A stretch of 64,000 nucleotides of DNA from Moniliella sp. 'wahieum' (lineage: Eukaryota), in contig RSEE01000059.1 in NCBI GenBank assembly GCA_003971905.1, positions 1-64,000 on the forward strand. The letters run 5' to 3'. The translations under genes and the position numbers were made by a program. Shown piece after piece: positions 22,601-34,599 of the stretch (position 1 is its first letter; the number at the start of each line of letters is the position of its first letter). Below the pieces are notes generated by a model, which searched no databases, had not been told where the DNA came from, and saw only the letters and a program-made list of their open reading frames with translations.

Positions 22601-23599
22601 CACGCGCTTCTCCCCTCCCCCCCCCCGAACTGTTTCCGCCCTTTCGTACCAGGGCCAGGCGAATGACATTTGGTCCCTTTGTAGTACACACACGTACTCG
22701 GTACGGAGGCGCAGTATGCCAACTACCTCTCTTATGTATGGCAGCTCTTCGTTCCTTCGCTCCAGTATACAGGGAGTATACAGTTTACTTTATCCGCACG
22801 GTGACGGTGAATCACCCCCCCCCCCCCCCCCCAAGTATAGATGGATGCAGAGGTGGAAACGTGTACCTATATCCCGCTGGGGAGGCGTGGGATAATCCGG
22901 GGTCTTGAGTGAGCTCATTGAGAGCTCATTATTGAGAGGTGATTGCGCGACAGAGAGATATATACTCTACTAAACTAAACAGGTATACCAGGTACCTCTC
23001 TGCGTTCCAGCTGCAGCACGGCTGCTTGGTACATTGCCCTTCCCGCCTTCAGATCTCACATCTCACATCTCACATCTCACATCTCACATCTCACATCTCA
23101 CATCTCTCGTCTCAGCGATACGATTAGGGCGTGTGGAGAACGAGCGAATCCAATCCCTGAATAAGGTGCCACGTACTGAATAGAGAGAGGAACAGTACTA
23201 GACAGTAGACAGTAGACAGTGGACAGTGGACAGTGGACAGTGGACACAGGGACAAGGGCAAAGCAGGGTAAATATTACATCCCTCTCCATTATTGTGCTG
23301 TACGACGTGCCTATATATATACACGGCTGCGGACTGTGTATGTGAAATTTCCATGTTCTGCGTCTTGGGATAAAGCACATTGTTTGCCTATGGGGCATAT
23401 AAAACTTTGCTTATTGTTTTCCCGTGATCGGCGCCGTAGCATTATCTCTTTCCCGTTATAATGCCTCCGCTTGCAAATATCCCAACAAGCTGCGAAAGCA
23501 CATACCAACAAGGCAGAAGGCGAACAAGGCAGACATCTCCTCCAACACTATTATTATAGGTTGCATGCTAGCTACTAGTATAATATCAACGCCACTGAC

Positions 23600-24490
23600 A
23601 TTTAGTGCTCGACTATATACCCTTCTATAGATTGTCTTCGTCGCTGTTGATGGTGTGGTTCACATATGCTTGCTTCGCCGTTGATGCAGCATTCCTATTC
23701 AAACTCTTCATCTTCGCTGGCAGGGTCCAAAACAGATGCGTGGGACGGACGACTGGTCCACGCAATGGGCCTACGCCGCCTCGTCGCGCCCTCCGACGGT
23801 ATGCTGAAGGGGCATCACCCACAGCAGCCCGGCGGCGTTGAGCAATCACTTGCGCCAGTGTTTCGGCATCGCGCTGCTCTGTGCTCGGTTGTCCCAGGCG
23901 CAATTGAGGTTGCTGTGGCCCTTTGGAGGGGTTTCAATGCGTACTCCACCAGCATGCTTGAGATGCGCAACATGCCAAATAGAAGGCGTGGTGATTGTGA
24001 TCGCCTCCTGCGCCCCCCCTGCGCCAATATCATGGATCGCCTCGGAATGGCCGTTTGGATCAATCTTGCACTTGCTCGAGCAGCAATGCTGTAGCCCTAC
24101 AAGGTTGCCAATCCGCTTTATCCGGGTCCAAAATGATCATCAGCCAGAGTGTTGCAACACAATACAAACACGTGGATATAGGGATGGTAAACGTACACTG
24201 GCCAAGGCGAATCGTTCAGCATGGCGGGGCAATTCTTCCACGATGCGGCAATCGGATTCAGGCTGAACACGCCCAGTTACAAGCATTGGCTTATAGACAA
24301 TCCAGACCGAATCCAGGGGACCGTGCACCTTGTCAGTTGCAACGCCAATGGATTGAACCTCACCAATCGTAAACGGAGCTTGGTTCCCGGATGGCTGGTC
24401 GGGACCTTCCATACATGGTTACCCGGTGACCTTCACTTACCACTTCCCCGGTTTGGGCGACCACATTCTGGCTTGGGTGAAATGGGGTAA
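23600..24490 (-). mobile_element. Highly decayed copia RT/RNase H relic
   Basis: Collinear degenerate motifs across frames: WTRIKRI (HWxAxKRI), GYSIAARAS (GYSDADWA), SSMLVEYAL (SSTEAEYxA). Confidence 0.5.
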
Positions 24491-24943
24491 GTGAGCGATA
24501 GCTACTTTGCGTGGCAAGTCTTTGGGTCCCAGTGCACTGCCATGCCTGGCAATGCATCGTACATCAGCCGCGGTCCTGTCCTGTCTGCCTTGTTTCGACA
24601 TCGCATTGCAGGATCTTCAATCTCCAATCTCCCAGCTCCACGCTCCAAGCTCCAAGCTCCAAGCTCCAAGCTTCAGCTCGCGGAATTCGGGGCGAGGCGA
24701 CGGCGATGCGCCTCGCTTGCGCCCTTCTCTGTTGCGAATCCCCCCGGCCTGGATGCTGACGCTGAAGCACAGCACAGCACTCGATCCGGTTGTTGGGCCC
24801 GGTCTGAATTCGAAACCACAGCAAGAGATGGTCAGAGCAAGGGCACACACACACACATATATCTTCGGCTTACTAGTTGCCGTAGCTCATCCGAAGATAC
24901 AGATGTGTTACAAAAGATGAAGTACGCCCGCAGTTCGCAAACA

Positions 24944-25054
24944 GGCGAGATAGCGAAGTGGTCTAACGCGCTGTGTTAAGGAGTTTTCCATTGGATTTGA
25001 TGGACACCTCAACCGCAGTCCTCCGGGGCGTGGGTTCGAATCCCACTCTCGTCA
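24944..25054 (+). tRNA. tRNA-Leu(AAG) with a 31-nt intron (24982-25012)
   Basis: GGCGAGATAGCGAAGTGGTCTAACGCGCTGTGTT-AAG-G[intron]CCGCAG, long variable arm, GTTCGAATC, followed by a T-run. Confidence 0.92.
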
Positions 25055-25494
25055 CTTTTCTTTTTTTTTCAGCGATGCCATTTAAACCCAAGGCCTAAGG
25101 GTCTCAGGTGGATCATCGATCAGGGGATCGATCAGCCCAGTGCCTGTGCCTCTGTTGTGTTGCCATCCAGGCAGGCAAGCAGGCCTTGGGAGGATGATGC
25201 CAACCCGGGATGGCGTCCCGACCACACCTCTCTTGGCATTCACTCTCGCCATCTATCTAATACTTCCGAAACCATGCGCCGACCACGGGGAGCTAGTTGG
25301 CCGACCCTCTGTGCCAGCAACGCGCCAATGGCTACGAGAATGCTACCTTCAGATGGACACGTGGAGGGGGGGGGGGGGGGTAGAGATCTCAATGAAAGTG
25401 TAAGAGTAAGAGTTAAGTGTAAGTCCAAAGCTAGCATGCATGCATCTGCGACGAAAATTCGCTGGCAAAACCACAGAAAAAGAAAAGGGTTAGG

Positions 25495-26440
25495 CTAGGA
25501 ACAGCACCCCGAATCTTCTTTCTACCCGAAGCAGCGACATTGAGCGTGCCAGCCGCGCACCCGCGCCTGTCCCAGCCGCGCTGGAGGTCCCTTCCTCGCC
25601 CTGCTTGGCCTTGACGTCCCGCGCGAGAAAGAAGGCTTCCTCCACATTCGTGTTACTCTTTGCTGACGTTTCGACGTAGCTCAAGCCCAGTTCTTCTGCT
25701 AGTGCTTGACCTTGCTCGGTCGTGATCACCCGCGCATCGTCACTGTCGCACTTGTGCCCACGAGGATCTTGCACACCCCTCCGATGCGTGTTGCTCAATA
25801 TTGGCGTACCACGTGCGGACGTCTAGTTGCCAAGCAAGTGGAGGCAAGAGGGCAAGGGAAGGGAAAGCGCGGGGTTAAGGGTTAGTTCGGTCTGGTAAGT
25901 CTGTGATAAGGGAGCGTAGAAAGGAGCGAGACGAGAGACGTACTGGTAAACGAACGCTCATCAGTCAGATCAAACACGATCACGATCCCCATCGCACCGG
26001 TAGTACGCCGTGGTGATCGTCCGGAACCGTTCCTGGCCCGCTGTGTCCCACTGTGAGAGAAGAAAGAAAAAAGGAAAGAAAGAGTCCCAGACCGAGTCAG
26101 TACATGCTCGCCTCCCACATACATCTCCGCCCTCCGCTCTCGCCCTCCGCTCTCCGCTCACCGCTCTCCGACCTCCGACCTCAGATCGCAGACCGCAAAG
26201 CGCAAATCATAGACCACTCCCCATCCTTCCAGCACACACCAAGCACGGTACGCACATCTGAAGCTTAACCCGCTTACCATCCAAGTCGATAGTGCGAATC
26301 TTAAAGTCGATACCGATGGTGGTGATGAACGACGGCGTCCACTGGTCATCGCAGAACCGTAGTAGCAAACATGACTTGCCCACGCCCGAGTCGCCAATAA
26401 GAAGAAGCTTGATCAGGTAGTCGTAGTGCGGTGACGGCAT
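25495..26440 (-). CDS. SEC4: Rab8/Sec4/Ypt2 small GTPase; introns 26051-26255 and 25823-25943
   Basis: [56 protein letters not shown]-terminal GCCS*. Confidence 0.93.
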
Positions 26441-26753
26441 CCCAACGTCTTGACAATTGCAATCCGTCGGCGGGTGGTGGAAGGGACGCGTGCTTAGCGC
26501 TTAGCCTTCGCGTCCACCGTCCACCTGCGTTGGGTTTGCAAGCGCACACGACAGTGGGGTGATCGGTGACCAGTGACAGGTGACTGGGCACGCTAACGCG
26601 CTAATGCGCTAATGCATGCTCAGAGATCGGCATGGCACGCCCGTGTCGTGTCGCACATGACGCATGACGTAACTGGCAGGGTCACTAGGCCACTAGGCCC
26701 CCCCGAGGTGGGCGTCAGCACATGATATGTGCATGCGCTGTGGAGCCAATAAC

Positions 26754-26837
26754 GGCCTCTTGGCGCAGCGGGTAGCGCGTGAGATTCCAGTTTGTTCTGG
26801 CTCCTCAAGGTCATCCGTTCAAATCGGGTAGGGGTCA
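26754..26837 (+). tRNA. tRNA-Trp(CCA) with an ~11-nt intron (26791-26801)
   Basis: GGCCTCTTGGCGCAGCGGGTAGCGCGTGAGATT-CCA-G[intron]TCCTCAAGGTCATCCGTTCAAATCGGGTAGGGGTCA followed by a T-run. Confidence 0.88.
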
Positions 26838-26999
26838 TTCCTTTTTGTTTTTTTTTGCTCATCCGGGCTGCATCCGACGCTTCGAAATCCAGATTTCGCC
26901 ACCGGACAACGCCACAACTTGGAAAGGAAAACGCTCCGTTCACCATGTTAGGGTGTCCATGCAGCCATTACAGCCATTGCAGCCATCCCTCGCACCAAC

Positions 27000-28600
27000 A
27001 AGGACGTCGACCACCCGTCCTGCAGGACCTCGTTTTGGTTTTGGTTTTGACGCACGCCTCCCCAGACAGAGGTCGTCTCGTTTCAATTCCAATTCGGGCG
27101 TGCACCACGATGATACGTCGGTTGCACGCGGTGGGAAGTAGCGTGCAGGCATATCCTTCGCTTTTCCAGACCGAAGACTGGGGATGCAGTGCGAGCGGAT
27201 ACGATTCCGAACGTGGGTGGTACACATGGGACATATGAGAGCGATAATACATCTCCTGTGTGACACTAGGTTCTTCTTCAAAAGGGGCTTCCAACTACTT
27301 ACACATGGCTTAAGGTGGTGGCCGTTTTGGCGGCGTGGTTACACCCCGCGTGTCGTATGTCATGGCCTCAGTACATAGGTGGTGTACAACCCATCTCGCC
27401 AAAGTGACTCTTAGTCCAATACGTTTTTGGCACCTTGGTACTACGCGTATAAAGCACACGGTTTTTGCTCCATCACGACGCACTGATGGGAACCAAACGG
27501 ATCTGAAGAGGACTCTTGGTATATTACCCGCAGGGATATAGGTCTCTCTCTCCCGATGTGCAACACTGGAATCGCTTTGTTCCAAGAATATACCCTCCAT
27601 TATCTTGACTGGCTACGATTCTTCTTGGCCCACTCCAAACGAGCCGGACGAGCCGGTTGCGGAGGGAAGAAACAGAATCGTAGCAGACAGGAAATTGAAG
27701 ATCAGGCGTGCAAACTATGGAGACAACGGGACTAGGACAACGTTTGACCAGCCCGGAAGAGAGGTGGACCATGCCCACACCTCGAGGGACTCAGTCGGGA
27801 GCACAGAACGACAAGATCATAGGTTCGGGAAAGCAAAGTGGTGCACCAGAACCGTCGGCACCGATGGAATGTAGGGGGATATCTATGGGAAACGCCAGCA
27901 GCACAACTAAATGTACCAATAGGGAGACGTGTATCCACACAACACCTATTCTACCAGTTTTGACGATGAGGAATGTGGAAGAATGAGGACACAAGGATGC
28001 TGTACCCTCAAGCTTGAAAAGCCACCGAGAAGACCACATGTTCTCCCATTGGATTAAACTAGCGAAGGAGCGGCGTTTAGTTGGTGGGGACGATTCAATA
28101 TTCATCGATCATCGTTCCCAGACCCACCATGTTCATGTTCATCTTCATCCGTATCCATTGGTGGTTCATCGCAGTATTATAGCTGTGTCATACTCATATG
28201 TCATGGAGCGCTTGGAAGAGACCCCAGTGGAGGATCAATGTATGATGATCAGAATGATGCATGGTGTGCTACCGAGGACTGAGGTACTGATGTGCCAGCG
28301 GCGAAACGTCGTCGGATCCTTTTCTCACTGGTTCGTTCGTCTGGGATTTCTCCATGGGATTTATACTGACTGAACCATGACACACATCAACGACGGTAGG
28401 AACCGCTGTGCACCGGATGGGCCCACGAGCGCCATGAGGTGCATGAGGCAAGTAAGTCCTCTATTAGAGCTTCGCCACTTCGCCACAGCGATTCCGCCCT
28501 CACCTGCATCAGCTGATACCAAAAGAAAAGCTGAACGGAGACGGGATGAGGTGAATATTGAATGGACTGGGGACACTCAGCTGAGGACTGAGACTCAGTA
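27000..28600 (+). mobile_element. Highly decayed copia INT-C/RT relic
   Basis: GYDSERGWYTWDI..ISC (SH3-like), EPDEPVAE, NGTRTTFDQPGREV (NxTWxLVxxP), RFGKAK, in copia order. Confidence 0.5.
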
Positions 28601-31078
28601 CTCAGGCTGAGCCGCTGAACGAACCCGAGCCGCTTCAACCTCCGGTCCTGCATCCGGCATCCTGCGGGAAAGCCGTGCTCGGCGCCGAGCTCGGGGCAGC
28701 GCTCACATATCGTACTCACGCGCTCACGCGCTCACGTGCTACGTTGAAAAGTCCATAGGTCCATAGTTCTCTGTTCCCTGTTGCATGTTACATGTTACAC
28801 TGCCCAACGCACCGAGGACTTGGTACACTCGGTACTCAGTTGAGTACTCAGTCTGAGTTACTCAGATCGATCACAGTTCCCGACTGGACATTTTCCCACG
28901 CCGCACGTGGCCCCGTCGCTCCTTGCTTCAAGCTTCAAGCTTCAAGCTTCAAGCTTCAAGCTAACTTTAAGCTTGTCGATCGATCAGGCTCTTCAAGCTT
29001 CAAGTTCTTCGAGCTCCAAGCTCCAAGCTCCAAGCTCCAAGCTCCAAGCTTCTGTTGATTCGTGTACTTCCAGTCTCAGAGCGGTTGACAGCAAAACCTA
29101 GGCCAGCTCAACGTTGAGTTCAACGTTCAACATTTGAACGCTCAATGGATCGTATGTATAAGATCGACCGATGAACCATGTCGATCAACTCGATGAAATA
29201 CATTCTTTTCCGCCGTGCCATCCATCATCGGCATCATCCTGTGTGGCATCTGGATCCGATTTGTAATAGTTAATAGCGCCTCTGCTCGTCTGGAGGGCCG
29301 GAGCCAAAGCCAAACAGCTTGCCAAACAGCTTGCCAAACAGCCGGGCCCTGTTTGCCCTGGCTTGCCCTAGCCGGGGGCGCTCCAGCCACCTGTCGCAGT
29401 TGTGTTGCCATCCGTCGTTCTCCAAGCCTTGGCCTGAGGCTTGAAACTTGGGCTTAGGGCCTGAGGCCCTGGAGTGGCTGGCAGCTGACAGTTGGCAGTG
29501 GCAGGTGGCCGCTAGTTGCCGGTGCAGGATGCAAGATGCCCGTAACGGCGTAACGCGTAATAACCGGTAACCAGTGTCGTAGAACGTAGAACCCAGACAG
29601 CCTTCCCCATTGGCCATTTGCAATTCCCCTAGCCACTAGCCACTCGCCACTAGCCACTGTCAGGGTGGGCTAGGGTACCCTTTTGTTTCAAGCCAACGGC
29701 CACCGGCTACGACAGCCGACAGCCGAGCGAGGCGTGAGTTCTCAGAGCCTTGGGGGACGCTGTCATGTCAGCGTCAGCACTGGACATGCCAGCACGAAAC
29801 CCGCCGCTCACGCTCAGGCCTCAGGCGCTCAGATCACCGGTAGCTCACACCCGGGAATTAAAAAAGTATCCGGCTGCCAGATGCAACCCTACTGGCCCTT
29901 GCCCCCATTGTGCTGCGGTGCTCGATCCGAAGCTTCAAGCTTCAAGGCCGGCTCAGTCGCTCCGATCGATCCGATGAAGACCTGGCAACGGCGTTTGAAA
30001 TTGGACAGAGCAGGCGGACGCATCAACCATGGATATCATGGATGGTCCCCGGTGCTGGTCGGCTTTGGCGGATGTAGTGCTCCGTAGGCCGCAACTTCCA
30101 CCGATCACTTTGACCAGGTGGTAGTTGTTCAATGTTCAGTTGTTCAAGCGTCCAGGCGTCCAAGCGTTCCTGGCCAGCGGGCACAAAGGCCTCGCAGGGC
30201 ACAGCGCCACCGCATCATGCATCAGCATCCGCATGCATGCACGCACGACCACTCAGCCCGAGCACACTCGGCCTCTGCCTCCGCTGCTGAGTCCATCCGC
30301 CGCAAGCCGCACCTGCTGGTGAACGTTGAACGTTGAACGTTTGAACGTTCAGACAGGCAGTGCCACACACCCGCCAGCCTCCCGCCGGAGCCGCCATGTC
30401 GCGGCAACACGCCACGTTCCCATGCTGGCCTGCTGCACGCCCCGTGCAGCCCAGCACGGCGCAGGCGCCGTGCCCAAATCAAATTATGCTTTCGCCCAGT
30501 GCCCCGTGCCCCTCTTCCCCCCGTACGTAGGCAATATGCGCCGTGCAGTGCATGCCACATGTCGCGCGTCAAGGTCACCGGTCACCGGTCACTACCGCAT
30601 GCACTATCGTCATTGCCATCACCCATCCACATCACCCACCCGCGGCCCGGTTCGAGTGCAGCTGCTGCGATCCCACTGGGTTCCGGCTGGACGCCTGACG
30701 AGTGACTAGTGGCTGCTGGCCGGTGACCGTCACCGCTGACCAAGCCAACATGCACCAGGACACACTCCCTCGGCGCGGGCGGGGCAGCAGTTAGGATGCA
30801 GCATGGGTGTGGCCCGGGGCCAGTGTCGCGGCGACACACTGTCCCGCTGCGCGTGCGGCGGCAGCACGCAGGCCGGCGAGGCCGAGCGGATGGGTGAGGG
30901 CGGAGGTGCGACAGGTGATATGCCCGGGCGTGCGCTGGCCGGCTGGGCGCCGCACTTTTTTTGGCCAATGCGCGGGGCACTCTACGGGTACGGTCTAGCA
31001 GCCAGCCAGCCAGTCCGTCCCGCCCCATTCAGTCCCCCGCCACCACCACCACCACCACCCTTCCTCCCGCCCCGGGCG

Positions 31079-33399
31079 ATGCCGACGCCCATCCCCATCC
31101 ACGCCGGCTCGTCCGGCTCTGGCGCCAGCCCGTCCGACCATGCGTACCCCAACCTTCCCGACGGCCGCCGCGGCTCGCTCTTTGGCTCCTCCCTCACCAC
31201 CCATGAGCTTTGGCGCCGGCTCCCTCGCCGGCTCCTTTGCGCCCATGTCCATTACCAACAACTCCTACGGCCGCTCCCCCTTCACTGGCGGCCACTCCTT
31301 CCGCTTCTACGCCGCCGGCACCTCCGCCTCCTCTGGCGCGGTGGCACCGCCTTTGGCGGCGCTGGCATGTCGTACGGCCGCGACAGCACGATGGAGTACG
31401 TGTGCTTGTGCTTGCGTTGGTTGCTGCTCTTGCTGCAGCCCCCCGCCCCCCCCCCGGTTGCCCCCAGACCAAACTAACCTGCCTCTCCCTCTCTCTCGTT
31501 CACAGCCCCTTTGACCCCCACATGTCCAAGTTCGGCACCTCCATCGGCTCGGACCACGCCGGCCTCGCGGGCTCGCTGCGCCCCAACCAGCTCGAATCCA
31601 CCTTCTGCCGCAACTTCACCTGCTGCGGCTTGGACCTCCCCGACCTCCACGACTTGCTCCAGCACTACGAAGAGCAACACGTCCGTCTCGACGATGCCGA
31701 GGACGCTCCTCCACCGGGCATGGTCCATGACGATGGCAGTTCCGAACAATCTTCCAATTCGTCCAACCCCTCCAGCCCAGCTGCTGCTGCTGCCGCCGCG
31801 GCAGCCGCAGCCGCAGCGGCGGCGCAGGCCCACGCTCAGACAAACGGTGTCCGGCCCTTGTCTGCCAACGCTGCTGCGCTCGCTGCGGTCAACCAACGGA
31901 AACGTGCGATGAACGCATTCCACAACCCTTCGTCTTCCTCGACAGCCTCCCCGCTCGGCGGGCTGCAAAGTTCCTTGAGGCATCTCTCTACCCCGCGTCG
32001 CTCTGGTTCTCCCTTTGCCGGTGCCGTGCCGGAGGAGACATCGGGACTGGATCCCCTGCTTGGCACCCAGAGTGCTACTTCGGGACTGGGCGCGTTGACC
32101 CTCCGCTCTCAGACGCAGGAGGACCATGGTCTGCCCTCCTGTGCGCCGCCCAACTTGTTTTTCCCCGCGACTGGTGGTGGTGCCTCGGCGCAGGGTGCGG
32201 CAGCAGGCTTGCCTCCTCCTACCCCTTCTACCGTCCCCGGTACGCCCCATTCGCGCGCGGCGACGCCCAAGCCACCTTCGCTCCAGCCGGGCGGATCCCA
32301 GCGCGCCAGTCCGTCCGCCGAGACTCCCAAGTTCGATACCAAAACCGTCATTGTCACCCCGGGCAACGTCGACAAACCGTACAAGTGCCCTTCACCCGGG
32401 TGCGACAAGGCGTACAAGCAGATGAACGGTCTCAAGTACCACCGTGTCCATGGCCACTGCAACCAAAACCTCTTGGCGCCCTCTGCTGCTGCCTCGGGCG
32501 CTTCCGCACCCCCGACCCCACAAGGTCCTACCCTCACCCTCATGCTTCCCCTGGCCTCGCTCACCCGGGTCCTATCCCGGCCCCAGGCCACCCCCCAGGC
32601 ACCATGAACTTGATCCAACGTCCTCTGTTTGGAGCTACCGCTCCGCCCATCACAACTACCACCCCGGCTAACGTACTGGCCACCACCACTTCCACCACTA
32701 GCTCCGTCGGTGCCCCCGGCCCGTCCCTCGGCTCCCTCTCAGCTACCGCCGACCCCGCGAACGCCAACCCGAACGCCAACCGGCCGGGCCACCGTCGATG
32801 CTCTCGATCCCACTGGGCTTGCCGAACGCGCACGGCGGGATGAACGGGGTGCGCAGGTGGGCCAAGGAGGGTTTTTCGGCCCGCTAGCGTCGGGCGGAAC
32901 GGTGGGTCCTTCAGTGCCAGGCTTGAGCGGCGTACCACTGGACGCGCGGTCGCTGTACGTGTGCCAGGTAGGCACGTGTGGCAAAACGTACAAGAACCTC
33001 AATGGGCTGCGGTACCATTACCTGCACTCTGGCTCGCATGGTCTGTTGGGGTTGCAAGTGTTGCATGCCCATGGTGGTGGCAGTTCGGCCAAAATGGGCT
33101 TGGATGGCAAAGCTATCGTGTCCACCGCGACGCTTGCGCCGGAAGAAGTCGCTCGTGCAGCCCGTTTGGCCGCGGAGATGCAGGCTAAAAAGGCTCATGT
33201 TACCCAGCGCACCGTGGAGATGATCCAGGCGCAAGCGTTGGCCGGTGGAGGACCAGGTCACAATCATAAACAGGCTCAGGAAATGCAGGCGATCGTCGAT
33301 GCTGATACTGCGCCTCAGTTTGATCATGATCAGGATCAGGATCGGATCATGAAATGGCCCTCGATGCGATGGACACTGATCTTTGATTCTTTTCTTTGA
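31079..33399 (+). CDS. SFP1: Sfp1-like split C2H2 zinc-finger transcription factor; intron 31396-31505
   Basis: LESTFCRNFTCCGLDLPDLHDLLQHYEEQH; KPYKCPSPGCDKAYKQMNGLKYHRVHGH; YVCQVGTCGKTYKNLNGLRYHYLHS. Confidence 0.88.
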
Positions 33400-33588
33400 T
33401 TCTTTTCTGGCATGCTTGGATCCCTCCCTAGAGATCGCGGCTCGGACGCTTCGGTTCGTGTCCTACGTCGGTCGGTCGGTCGGTCGGTCGGTCGTCGGTC
33501 GCGCAGAGTCCGCTCTCCTCTCTACTGCTTTGCTGTGCTCGGCTTGCTCTGCTCTTCTCTGCTCACTTCTCCGCCTCGGCTCTTTTTT

Positions 33589-33631
33589 TTTTCCTTTCCT
33601 TTCCTTTCCTTTCCTTTCCTTTCCTTTCCTT
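33589..33631. repeat. (TTTCC)n microsatellite
   Basis: About 8 units read directly. Confidence 0.9.
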
Positions 33632-34599
33632 CTTCATTTCGCTCACATCTCTCTCTTCCCCATCTGCCTGCCTCCCCGCTTCCCCGCTTCCCACCTTATC
33701 TCCCTCTCGCTGCTCACCAGGCTGCCGTGTGTGTAATTTGTATCCGTGTTGCGACTCTTGCTTGGACCCCGTCGCGTGACGCGTATACTCCGTACCATAG
33801 CCCCGTTTGCTTCTCTTGTCTTGCCATGCATGCAAACACCCGTCACGGTCCCCGTACGCCACGAATGGACCTATCCGTCACAGTCGTAAACCTGGGTGTA
33901 GTAGTCGTGCCCCTCTCCCGCGCCTAGCATGACTCGACACGGCCCCCCATTTCCAATTTCCCATTCCCAACCACACTGATCCACTCTAGTCTCATGTCTG
34001 ATCAGTCTGATACCGTCCGTCCGTCCATCACGCAGGCCTTACCTCCCCTCCCCTCCCAATCGCATTCACATTCACCTCTCATCGTATGGCCGTTTTGCAG
34101 TGCACCGAATGCCCCCCTCCCGCCCCCTAGTATCGTTGTCAGTTGCAGTTGCACTTGCACTTGCACTTACCGACCCGACCAACCCATGCACATCTCCCAT
34201 ACCTCCATCGTTCCCATTCGGCGCGCGACCGGATATATCTGGTACCAGGTCTGGGCGTTCAGACAAGGTGTACGGTGCACACCACACCTGACAGTGCGTC
34301 CGTACGGGGATACGTCACTCGCCTTGTCCACCGCACGCTTTTTTTTCTTTTTGCTCGACCGTCGGGCGATGTGTGCTACGTTGGTCCGATACGTGACCCT
34401 GACCAAGACGGTGACCCGTATCGATCACCAGTTGGCTTGCTTCACACACCCCGGTCGACCCAGCTCGAACTTAGCTTCCACCTACCGTCTCGCTGCCATA
34501 CGCACTGAGGACGGGCAAGCGCTGCGCCGTAAAAAAACCCGTTGAAAACGTTGCACGGCAGGCACACTGGTGTCACTATCGGCCCAGGCGTCGCCTAGA

